From Antedon mediterranea (Eukaryota > Animalia > Echinodermata), in contig NC_092675.1 of NCBI RefSeq assembly GCF_964355755.1, positions 12,271,812-12,335,811 on the forward strand: 64,000 bases of DNA. Reading direction: 5' to 3'. Position 1 is the stretch's first letter; every line of letters begins with the position of its first letter. The notes beneath the pieces were generated by a model that saw only the letters and a program-made list of their open reading frames with translations, did no database searches and was not told where the DNA came from. Positions 24,143 to 35,991 of the stretch are shown here, piece by piece. The position numbers were made by a program, and so were the translations under genes.

Positions 24143-25045
24143 CGCCCGTATTCTTAAACCGGACTTTAGTCGTAGTTCGAGCTAAAACTAAAAAAATGAC
24201 GTCATTTTAATTCATAAACCGAACTTCAACTAAATCACCGACTAAATCAGGCCAACCTCGACTAAATCGAGACGGATTTTGATCAATTTTTTTAGTCCTG
24301 GAGGGGGCAGACTAAATGGTCGACTAAATGGTTTTTAAACGATGTTTATAAAAAACGTAACAGTCATTGAGTTGTTATATTGGCCAGATATTGAAGTATG
24401 AAATATCTATATTTATATTAGCTTAATTAAATATACATTGGTATAAATTATAATAATGAAAATCATCTTTATTTACAACTGTATACAAATTACATTATTT
24501 TCTTCGCGCAAGTCCGACTTGAGCTACGTCACGCCATAGCGACAATGGGAGATGCGGCAATTCACCACGCGATGGAATGTTTAGGGGGCCTAGCGCTTTC
24601 TTGTCACGCTATGAAGTGCGTGGTTCGTGGCGATCATACTTTGTTGGGGGCCTAGAAAATATAAAGGTTACCGTACCGCCATGGTTCCTAAATATATTTT
24701 TAAGATTTTATTTGTTGTTAATCAAATATACTTCACTGTTAAATTAATACTGGTATTTTTCTAATAATTAACGATTAAAATTATTTTTCATGTATATAGT
24801 CCTGATGCGTAAAAAGTGTTGTAAGAAATGGAAAGTGATATCAATGCGCAAAATTTCGTCTGCTCCTCAAATACTCTCTTGTCATTGGCCAATGTATAGC
24901 CTTTGTTACCCAGACGTGTGCAACTCGACTAAAAGCTCGACTTCATTAAGTCGAACTGCAAACTTCGACTACTTCGTTTTTGAATCGAATTTGAAGTAAT
25001 AGCTCGAACTACGACTTTTCCAAGTCGAACTTCGAACTACGACGA
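24143..25045. mobile_element. PIF/Harbinger-like MITE, one TIR missing
   Basis: TAA|CGCCCGTATTCTTAAACCGGACTTT start. 24143-24804 is a near-perfect inverted copy of 25385-26048. Confidence 0.75.
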
Positions 25046-25344
25046 TAGTCAAAATGTAAAATCATTACATGTACATGAGTTCCAGATTTATCTATTCACT
25101 GAGGTTGGTATGTACATATTCTAGACGTACTAGTTGAACTATGTTCTGATTGCAATGGAGATGAAAAAAGTGATAACCAATAATATAGTAAGATTTGTTA
25201 GATGTTTATCCACCAAAATGCTCAAAGCGCCTGTGAAAAACCAATGGAAACTAATCCGTAAACTTTACAAAGCTACCAAATCTAGACATTTTTTAAGGAT
25301 TTGTTTACCAGTTAAGGTGCACAGACTGGTTAGTATCTAACTAA

Positions 25345-26048
25345 CGCCCGTATTCTTAAACCGGACTTTGGTCGGAGTTCGAAGTTCAGGACTATATACA
25401 TGAAAAATAATTTTAATCGTTAATTATTAGAACAATATCAGTATTAATTTAACAGTGAAGTATATTTGATTAACAACAAATAAAATCTTAAAAATATATT
25501 TAGGAACCATGGCGGTACGGTAACTTTTATATTTTCTAGGCCCCCAACAAAGTATGATCGCCACGAACCACGCACTTCATAGCGTGACAAGAAAGCGCCA
25601 GGCCCCCTAAACATTCAATCGCGTGGTGAATTGCCGCATCTCCCATTGTCGCTATGGCGTGACGTAGCTCAAGTCGGACTTGCGCGAAGAAAATAATGTA
25701 ATTTGTATACAGTTGTAAATAAAGATGATTTTCATTATTATAATTTATACCAATGTATATTTAATTAAGCTAATATAAATATAGATATTTCATTCTTCAA
25801 TATCTGGCCAATATAACAACTCAATGACTGTTACGTTTTTTATAAACATCGTTTAAAAACCATTTAGTCGACCATTTAGTCTGCCCCCTCCAGGACTAAA
25901 AAAATCGATCAAAATCCGTCTCGATTTAGTCGAGGTTGGCCTGATTTAGTCGGTGATTTAGTTGAAGTTCGGTTTATGAATTAAAATGACGTCATTTTTT
26001 TAGTTTTAGCTCGAACTACGACTAAAGTCCGGTTTAAGAATACGGGCG
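25345..26048. mobile_element. PIF/Harbinger-like MITE, complete
   Basis: 25-bp TIRs CGCCCGTATTCTTAAACCGGACTTT with a TAA target duplication on both sides. Confidence 0.85.
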
Positions 26049-26422
26049 TAAGTATTCTCAGTTATCTCAGTACCTAGACAAATAAAAACCGAATATAATA
26101 TATTGCCAACGTAAAGAAGCAGATCAAATCAGATAGTTTATTGCCTCAAAATGAATATTGCAGGCCTGCAACCATGTTCTGACCAATCTCTGCGAAATGA
26201 ATTTTGAAAAGTTTTATCAGGTGCCGTTTTCGGCCACCTCGACTTGTATAGACTATAGCATTATAAAAAGATGGGAAAATAGGGGTGTCCCATTTATTAA
26301 TTTAGTGTGCTAATACTGATTTTGTTCTTTTGTTTAGTGCATTATGTTTCAGCAACAAAGGGAAAAAACTACGCCCTGCACACTACAGAATTAATTGCAG
26401 TTTTCAAGTTAATACAATATAT

Positions 26423-28191
26423 GTGACCTGCTCTGGCAAAGTGAAACATAAGTCGAAAATTTAAATTTTTCAGATTTGTATTCTATCTGGTAGGAAATGT
26501 TATATCCTTTACAATGATACCAAACTTAATATTTAACATGAAGGGGATCCCGAGATATTGTACGTTAAGTCGAAGCATGTATAAAAAAATATACAAATAA
26601 CAGTTTTGAGAAAATCATGATTGAATGTCAATGTTATTTTATAAAACAACAACACAAATTAATATTTGTTAATCTAATAGTGTATACTTTCTAAGTATCA
26701 CACATTCACAAAATATGATACAATGAAATGTTTTTTGGTAGGATATTGATTACTGTGACAATGCATACAAAAAAATATTTCCACTTTTTATGTTAAGTAC
26801 ATACTTGTGTTTCTTTTAAGCACTTGCTTAAAATGGTAAAAAAGGGGGTAAATTAATGTTTTTACACTAAAAAAACTGTATTATTCTTTAAGAATTAATT
26901 AAATGTATACAATAAATTAAGTTATATAACATTAAATACCATTTCTTGAACTACTGGATTTAAGTACGTTCTTAAAAGTTACTTAAATAATTTAAATTTT
27001 AGTTGTGTAGTGCCTGCTGATTAGATAACAAATACAACTTAAATAACATTATGCGATTGCTTTAATCAATTAAATAATGGATATGTTTTAAGCACATACT
27101 AATGTATTAAGTTTGTTTTAAGCATTTACTTAAAATTGTGTAATGTTCATGAAATCATGTTGGTGTAAGTGCATAATAATAGCCTACAATAACATGAATT
27201 AATACAATACTTATTATGTAAAAACAATAAATATGGTAGGCCTATGTGATATGTAGGCAAATAAAAGTGCCACTTAGGCCTAGCCTACCTATCCTAGCTA
27301 GGCCTATTTGCCCTGCAACCTACCTAGCTAGCCTACCTAGGCCTAGGCCCTAGCTAGTCTAGTCTAGACCTGCTAGGCCTACCCTACTAGGCCCTAGTCT
27401 AGGGCCTAGGCTAAGACAAGTAGGCCTAGAAGGACCCAGCCTGGAGTCCAAAAGGCTACTTAGTAGGCCTAGGCTAGTCACTACACTGGCTGTAATAATT
27501 TAATATCATAGGTCCTTTGCTACTCTCATTATGTTTTTTATTTTTTAGTCATTGTATTTGGCCTAGGCCTAGGCCCTAGACTAGATCCATCGATTATCTT
27601 AAATCTGAATTGTTTACACTCTCTTCTCCGCGTAAAAAGTAAACAGGTCAAAGGTCATTATAAGGATAAGCCAATTACAGTACTGTATTTCTACTACGCG
27701 CTAGCCATTACATGGCGTATCCTTGACAACGGATTTCTGTTGTGTAAAAATCACGTTAGAGAAGCTTTTTACCTCCTCTAATTCCCGCTGAAGAAGCCAA
27801 AAATATTGAAAACCACTTGAAATACCCACTGAATATGGCTTATGAATATTTAAATTTTCAGACTCTACCATGTTTCTAAAGGTAGCTATACAAATATTTT
27901 CATAAACTGCACAGTTTTCTAACAGTTTTTCATGCACTTTATTTCATTTTTTGCAACAAAATGAAATCAAGACAAAAAAGGTACTCATTAAAATCACTTA
28001 TTTAGCCCTTTTATAAACTTAATTCACACAAAATGAAACTTGATCTTGATTCTTAAATAGTTGTAGATTCCAAAAAGGGGAAAACCCTATTTTCACCAAG
28101 ATAGTGATTTTTAACTTACATAGTACTTCTATAGGTCAATACACTGAATAAAGATCAGCGAGTTATGTTTCACTATGCCAGAGCAGGTCAC
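26423..28191. mobile_element. Non-autonomous TIR DNA element with ATAT target duplication
   Basis: ATAT|GTGACCTGCTCTGGCAAAGTGAAACATAA ... TTATGTTTCACTATGCCAGAGCAGGTCAC|ATAT. Confidence 0.8.
27230..27590. repeat. TAGGCCTA/CTAG low-complexity tract
   Basis: Dense overlapping AGGCCT, CCTAGG and CTAG words. Confidence 0.8.
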
Positions 28192-28329
28192 ATATTATGA
28201 CTCTTTATTTTTATATAATTTTGTATGCATCCTTCTCTACTGTGTAGAAATAAATGTTCTAATTGAACAACGTTTGCATCAAAATGTTATAATAACGAAT
28301 GAAAAACTACACTAAAAAAGTCTGTCAAA

Positions 28330-28790
28330 CAAAATATAACGAAATAATTACCAATTGTGAGAATATTTTTGAAACGATTTTAAAATGTTTATGGGAAATT
28401 ACCTTGCACCAAGACATAAAAAGACCGTTATTATAACGCTGTACGCAGCACCTTCTCAATTCGGTCTTTATCCCCTTACTGATATTCCCAGCCCACAATA
28501 TCCCCAAATAGAATATCACTGATTTGTAAAACATTCAACAAATATCCTGCTTTACCTCAAACGAACCAAATATCTTCAATCAGTACTCAACCTTGTATTT
28601 TAACTTTTTAATTATGTTCAACCAACATGTCCACCCATTTAAGCCTATACTTAGTCAAACACTACTCCCAGATACTTATAATAGTTAACAATCTCTACTT
28701 CCCTTCACTTAATGTATACTGAGTCCATACTGTCAGACCCATTATGTTTTAGAAAATCTATCCGTATTTCTTTCGTTTTTGTTTAGTTGT
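28330..28790 (-). pseudogene. Degraded Rex1/Babar-type LINE 3' fragment
   Basis: MFYKSVI...ILWAGNISK resembles the C-terminal region of the other Rex-type elements in this window. Confidence 0.45.
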
Positions 28791-29169
28791 TTAAATCCTT
28801 ACCACTGTAATCGGTAAATCGAATAATCTCAGAAAGGTATAGAGAAGAACCGTAATTAATAAATCTAAGCCGAGTCGTCGTAAAACAAAAATACATATAA
28901 TTATGTCATTTTGTTTCTGTATCTACAATATCGTTTCGTTTATTTACATTTAGCATTAAATGTAAATATCAGGTGATCAGTAAAACAAAAAAAAAATCAT
29001 ATAATTATGTCAATGAATTTTCAATTATGCTCATCTACCGATGCCAGGTTCCTAAGTTCAAATCCATGATTTTATCCCTTACAAATAAAAAATATGATTT
29101 ATTTACCGATAGTGATTGGGCCGATTAGAATGTCTTGTACAACGTACAAAATACATGAAAACATAATTA

Positions 29170-32100
29170 TGTAGAAATGTCTGTAAGTACTGTTATATCT
29201 GGTTCGGTAGTAGGTAGGTAGAATGACAGACGGAATGAAACAAGTAGTCAGCATGTAGAACTCAAAGTAACTTTTAATAGGTAATCCTCTACAGTATTGG
29301 TGTTGAGGTTGCAAAGTGGCAAGGTGTCAATGTGGCAATGTGTTCATTTATAACTACAAATACACAATAAATAGAAACGGATAATTAACAGTAGTACCGG
29401 TAATATTAGCATACTGGTCATGTGACCCAACCTGTCGCTGAATACAAAATAATGGTGCGACGGCCTAGAGTAGACGTCACCTGAACTGAATAAAATTTAA
29501 CTTTTAAATCTTCTTTATCAACAATTACAGCCAGGATTCCTGGTTTATAAGACATTAACTGTGAACGAGTTCACGCTCAACATCATCCGATACTCGAAGC
29601 ATATTATAATTTGCGCCCACAACGGACGACAGAAATCTTTACAACAGCCGCCCCTAAATTTAGGTACTAAATTTAAAGTAAACTATCATACAAAGGCATG
29701 TGAATACAAGGTATGCAATAAAAAACTCTTCAACGGTTACTGAAGCTCTGGGAGTTTGATCAGTTTTACAACAGGGCGTACATATGTCTTGCCCGTAACG
29801 AGTACTTCGGCAGAGCGTACTCTGCCGTCCTCTCCGGGAAAAACTTTGGTTTTTCATCCATTGGCCTCCTTCCACCACTTTATTTCTGATCTGCTGGTTT
29901 GGCAAGTGATGTCTGATGAAATGTCTCCATAAATGGTTGATCAGCACCTGGCTGTGTCTCCATCTTTTCTTGGTCAAAAGATCATGTTCTGTGTATATCC
30001 CCTGCGGCATAGCTGGATCTAGCCGCCCCATCAATAGGATGTTGGGTGTAACTGCGTTGACATCCTTTGCATCATTTTATACGTAACCAAGTGGTTTTGA
30101 GTTTAGTATACCTTCAACTTCTATAAGCAGGGTCAGTAGAACTGGTTCTGTCACTAGCTGCTCACCTAGTGCTACTCGGAGAGCTGTCTTGGCGCTCCTC
30201 ACCCTCACCGCTCTCTCCCATATACCTCAAACGTGAGGAGCGTTGGGAGGATTGTAGAATAATTCTATTTGAAACGGTCGTAGTTTGTTTCGAAGATCAG
30301 CTGTCATTAGGTCGAAGGCTGACTTGAGTTCTTTGTCTCCCCCTTTGAAGTTAGTTCCACAATCACTAAAAATCTTAGCTGGTTGGCCCTTGAACGACAA
30401 CAGGAATGCTTCTGTATTCATGCTCTCCAAAGCTCTAAGTGGATGGCGCCAACTGTCATACACTTGTAGACTATTCCCCTTCTCTTTTCTGTTCTCCGTC
30501 CAACTTTTACAGACATGGGTCCGAAGCAGTCAATCCCGGTGCAGTGGAAAACGGGTTTGAATATTTGTAATCTTGCAGTCAGAAAGTCTCTCATCCGAGG
30601 AATGGTAGGATTTTCTCGCCACCGCTGACATTCTTGACATAATCGTTGTTGTCCTTTAACAGCTTTTCTTCCTCTCTGAGAATCCAGAATCTCCTTCTCA
30701 GGTCCGCTAGAACACGTTCTGGTCCAGGATGTAGCAACTTAGCGTCGGTATGTCGGATAATAAGTTTTGTGATGTAGTGCTTTGGATCAAGAATGATTGG
30801 GTGCTTCATTTGCTCTTGTATAGCATTTGCTTCACTCAATCGTCCACCTACTCTTATAAGACCAGCGTCATTGTCACATTCTGGACTTAATCGCTTCAGT
30901 CTACTACCTGTACTTAGTGAGGTTCCAGTTTTCAGTGCTGTAACGTCTTCTGGGAAACAGTATCGTTCTCCAGGCTTCATTCTCAATTTGTTGAGGGGCC
31001 GCCCCATCAAACTTCCGGCCGAGGTAGAGCAACAGTGCATCAAAGTCCTTTAGGTGGCCGATCTCATCTGTAGCATCAACATTGATTAGCCCACAGAAAA
31101 CACTTTTCTTGAATTCTGTATCACCAGGTTGATCTTGGAGTTTGGGCATCACTGACCAGTGGTCTGTAGCCTGAGTTAGAAAGGACGGTCCTTATTTCCA
31201 CCTGTGGTCGCCTGCGACTTCCTCTCATGATATCATTTGCCACATTCTGCTTTGTGGGCACATAGTGCCAGGTCATGTCTTTGTGGTTTATTTCTGTTAC
31301 TCGAGTTCCGACGAAGACCTTGAATCTACAGGTTTCTGAAGCGAGCCACGTCAGTACCGTAGTGGAATCGCTCCACAGGTGGCTCGTACTAATAGGAATC
31401 TTTAAGGTTTGCTCTATGAAGTCCATCAGTCTCGCACCAACCAGTACGGCGCAGAGTTCCAATCTTGGCACGTTTAACTGTTTCTTAGGAGCAACCTTGG
31501 ATTTTGCGACGAATGCGGTCTCCACTTTTCCATCTCGCTCTCCGTGAATGTAGCCGACTGCCCCATAAGCCATTTCAGACGAATCGCAGAAGACATGTAA
31601 CTGGTAAGTGGCATCCTTCAGCGTGAGATATCGTCTCGAGATGTTGACCCGATCGATGTACTTAAGTTATTCCTTCCATTGGACCCAGGAGGCTCGAAGC
31701 TCGGAGTTAGTTATTTCTCTGTCCCAATCGATGTTATCCATTTTCCACAAATCTTGGACTATTAGCTTACCCCTAATAAGGAATGCAACCAGGAAGCCAA
31801 TGGGGTCGTATTGTCTTGCCAGTGTCCGGTAAATATATCGCATTGTTACAACATCTCGATGATCATGATCATCATGATAAGTGAGTCAGATCCAGTATCC
31901 CAACATAGGTTCTGCTTCATTAGTGTCTTGTTGTCACTCTATTATAGTGCAGGATGAGAGTGCTTCTTCAGGCAATCCCTTCAAAACCTCTGGTTTATTA
32001 CTAGCCCACTGTCTAACCTTGAAGCCAGCCATGCTCAGTACAGCCCTGATGTCATGCACAATGATTTCAGCTTCTTCTGTAGATTTCGTGCTATCCAAAA

Positions 32101-35100
32101 GGCCTCCATGACGGATCTTTTCACTTCTGGATATTGTTCATCATGCTCTATAGCTAGTTTCTGGAGTAAATAAGTAGCGCAGCAGGGGCTGCAGGTAGAT
32201 CTAAATAGAGATAACCATTGGGAGATGGTAGGTTGTTTAGTTTCATCACAATCTCTCCAGATGAAGCGGAACAGGAATTGGTCTTCTGGTTTTCGTCGTA
32301 CCTGGTGGCACATGGCTTTAATGTCGCCAGATATCATCGCTAATTCATGTTGGCGAAACCTCAGGATTACTCCGATAAGAGATGAACCCAAATTAGGTCC
32401 GGCTAGCAGATGCTTATTCAAGTTCAGTCCCTGGAATTCGTGGGAGCAACTGAACACTAATCTGTGTTTACCTTTCTGTTCAATAACATAGTGAGGGACG
32501 AACCAAGATTCCTCAGACTTCTTGGCTTCTTCGGCTGTAATAATCTTCACTAGTTTATCGTCGATTAGCTTCTGAATTAATTGGTTGTGTTTCTCACGTC
32601 TTTCAGGCTTCTAGTTGTAGCACCTCTCCGTTCTCCTCATGTTTGGAATCATTGACTCAACACCAGCTCGGAATCGTGTACCGCTGTTATCACGCAACAA
32701 GGGAACCTCATAACGGTTCACTCCATTTACGTGAATCAGTTGTGTGGAATGTTCGAGATTGTTCACTGCCATTTGGCCGAGTCGAGAACGAGTCGCTGCC
32801 TTACTAGGAGGAAGTTCTTCCACCTGCCAAAGCCGTCTAACATCAGATTTCAGTTGTGATGACTCGCATAGGGTGAAGTTTGTTACAGTGACCGGTGGCT
32901 TGGTCAAAGGCATAAGAACTGGGCCATGCAATGTCCATCCAAATACTGTATGCACTGCTGCTGGAGATTTAATGCCTAGCTGTATCATTGGGCTTCTATG
33001 CGTATTTCTGGTAAAGGGACATCTTTCAGGTAATTGTAGTTCTCTTTGATCTCTCTTGTGGGGTACGAGTAGCTCCCCAGTGTTAACAAGGTCGAAGAAA
33101 ACGCATCGTCAAGGTTATATCTTGCCGATATGTGTACGTTTACACTCAATCCAGGAACTGTGGTCGTTCCGTGTTCCACAGTTTTCAGAACAATGCTGTC
33201 TTCATGGCCTTTTATGTTTAGTTTATTCATTCCATCAGTGAGCAGCATGGTTCTCATCGACCCATCATCTACAACAGCGTAGGTAGCGACTTTGCTGGTG
33301 GGACTGTATAATGTTACCGGGATGATTTTTAGGAATACGTCTCTGGGCTTGTACTGTTGGCACAGACTGTAGAGTTGGTTGGTTGCCGTTGCTGGATTGG
33401 AAGGGGTGGACTGTTAAGATACCGGTGTCAGGGTGTCTTGCAAAACTGTTAGATGCAGTTTAGAGCACATCTTACAACCCTTCCGAAGAGTACATTCGGT
33501 GGTAACATGTTTTCTAGCGTAATTTTTACAGCGATTGTTATTAGTGATCCAGTCCTTCATCTGGGATTTGCTTAGTTCTCTAAAGCTTTTGCAGCCCCCA
33601 AGGAAATGCTCGTTTCCGTTACAGTAAGGACAGAACATCCGAGGTAGTTTCTTGCTGTCTTTCGTATCTGTAAGGGTCATAGTTGTTGGTGGTCGGTGAT
33701 TTCTTTGATGATCCCTTTGGATAGTTTTTCCTTCTCTGCTTTCTTAGCGGTTAGCACCCTTCCAAATACCGGATCTTCCTCTTTGTCCCTAGCATTCTGG
33801 ACGAAATCAACTAGATGCTTGAATGTAGCGGTGGTATGGTTCTCTTTCAACTTGAAATTGACGTCTTTCCACTTGTTTCGGAGGAATATCGGTAAAATCT
33901 GCACAACTTTGGATAATCCCTCCATGGTATCCAGTTCCGAGAGTTTCCCCAAAGCTTCTAGGGTTCCGTAGCAGTTTCCTAGGTCATCTGCAAAATCTCC
34001 GAGTGTATCGAGGGTTACTATCTCTCGCTTCAGTATTTTATCAGTCCAGGCCTTGGTTATTATGTTGGGGTCCCCAAACTTCTCTTTTAGCTTTTTAATT
34101 GCTGCTATGTAGCCTTTTTCGGCTGGTTTAAGGACACAATACTGTATCGAAGAATATGCAGCACCCTCACATAAAGAGAGTAGATGTTGTAACTTGACAC
34201 CATCATCTTGGACTTGAGAAACAGTACTCTTGTATGCTGTAATGAATGCATGGTACCGTAGCGGGTCTCTTCTGAATGTTTTTGCGGTTGGATGCGGTGT
34301 AGAGCAATTGCCCGTAACAAGCCTTCCCAATTAAAGGCGTTTGTGTCCAACGAACTACCACTGGCTGTGGATAAATTAGGGTTAATGACATTATTATCGT
34401 TCACATTATCAACATCAATAGCGGGATCACTTAAATTAACACTAAATTATCATCATGGATATCATTTTGATTACTTGAAATTTCATCATTAATAACATTA
34501 CTATTATTCACATTACTGTCATCTACTAAAACAACAGTCTCATTTAGTTTCTTTTCTAAAGATTTAATACTGTTTCTTGTCTGGTTCCTTTTAGTATTAC
34601 GTCTGTTGATTTTCAGTTGTTTCAATTCCTCCGCCATTTTTATCCGGCTCGAGGGACCATGTAGAAATGTCTGTAAGTACTGTTATATCTGGTTCGGTAG
34701 TAGGTAGGTAGAATGACAGACGGAATGAAACAAGTAGTCAGCATGTAGAGCTCAAAGTAACTTTTAATAGGTAATCCTCTACAGTATTGGTGTTGAGGTT
34801 GCAAAGTGGCAACGTGGCAATGTGTTCATTTATCACTACAAATACAAAATAAATAGAAACGGATAATTAACAGTAGTACCGGTAATATTAGCATACTGGT
34901 CACGTGACCCAACCTGTCCGAGCGAGGCTCTCGCTGAATACAAAACAATGGCAACAACGTGCGACGGCCTAGAGTAGACGTCACCTGAACTTACTAAAAT
35001 ATAACTTTTAAATCTTCTTTATCAACAATTACAGCCTATTACCAGGATTCTTGGTTTCTATAAAAACAGTTAATAAGGTTAATGATATTTTAGAAAGCAC

Positions 35101-35250
35101 CAAAACACTATAATTTTCATAATAATATAGGGTGATTGGAACGCTTCAGGCATGTTTATAAGACATTAACTGCGAGTGCGCGCTCAACATCGTCCGATAC
35201 TCGAAGCATATTATGATATGCGCCCTCAACGGACGACAGAAATCTTTACA
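29170..35250 (-). mobile_element. BEL/Pao LTR retrotransposon, decayed gag-pol
   Basis: LTRs 34660-35250 and 29170-29643 (TG..CA). PBS TGGTCCCTCGAGCCGGAT (tRNA-Tyr type). PPT at 29644-29655. Gag with CCHC knuckles, RT (GPNL, DIKAM), RNase H (PRLELCA, WSDS), integrase (SDCGTNF, RWRHSQ). Confidence 0.93.
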
Positions 35251-35439
35251 ATAGTTTTTAAGAACTTTCTATCCCACATACGAATGATTTATTTTCTTGT
35301 GTTAAAGGAAGATAAAAAGTTACAGTAACTTACCATTTTGTTAAAAATTTAAATTAATTGTGAGTAAGGCGGTGGTAAGGAAGAGGCATTTGCAAACATT
35401 CTTTTACATATTTCACAACATTAGAGTTTAGGTAATTTA

Positions 35440-35640
35440 ACCGATTGTAATGTAGCATTTAGGATGTTTTAATTTCGATTGTAGGCCTACTGTAGTATTT
35501 CAGATTTTTAAATTCCGATTGTACTGTAATATTTAGTTTAGTTTAGTTGTGTTGTAGTTTAAAATGTTTTAATTCCGATTGTACTGTAGTATTTAATTCC
35601 GATTGTATTTTAGTATTTAAGATTGTTTAATTCCGATTTA
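35440..35640. repeat. Degenerate minisatellite (AATTCCGATTGTACTGTAGTATTT)n
   Basis: About six variable copies. Confidence 0.65.
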
Positions 35641-35991
35641 TTTTGTTTTTAGATGAAGAAGAATCAATAAAATAACAATAAATTCTTTAAATAAATTGAT
35701 GATTTGACAGAAGTTTTTCTAATGCAAATTCTGCATACTCTATGTTCAATATTTTGTTTTTATGGAACACCAAAAGAGCAACATTAATAGAGGGCTAAAA
35801 ACTATGTGGAATCCATCGATTTAACTCATTTTGTTGGTGAAAATCGTGTTCAATTCAATATATTTTGCCACTGTAAATACAAATAAAATGTTCCTGTTGA
35901 TACTTTACCCGGTTTCCCCTTAGGTAGTCCTTATGACTAGGCCTAGGGATATTAAGATCGATTAATATTCTTTGAAAATAGAGAAAGTATC

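Larger units (their letters stand above)
17367..26220. mobile_element. Copy 1 of a long-inverted-arm element (left arm plus core), broken by later insertions
   Basis: 17367-17943 is the reverse complement of 47460-48215. 22905-23545, 23965-24020, 25075-25325 and 26052-26215 are colinear with 42163-43505. Confidence 0.7.
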
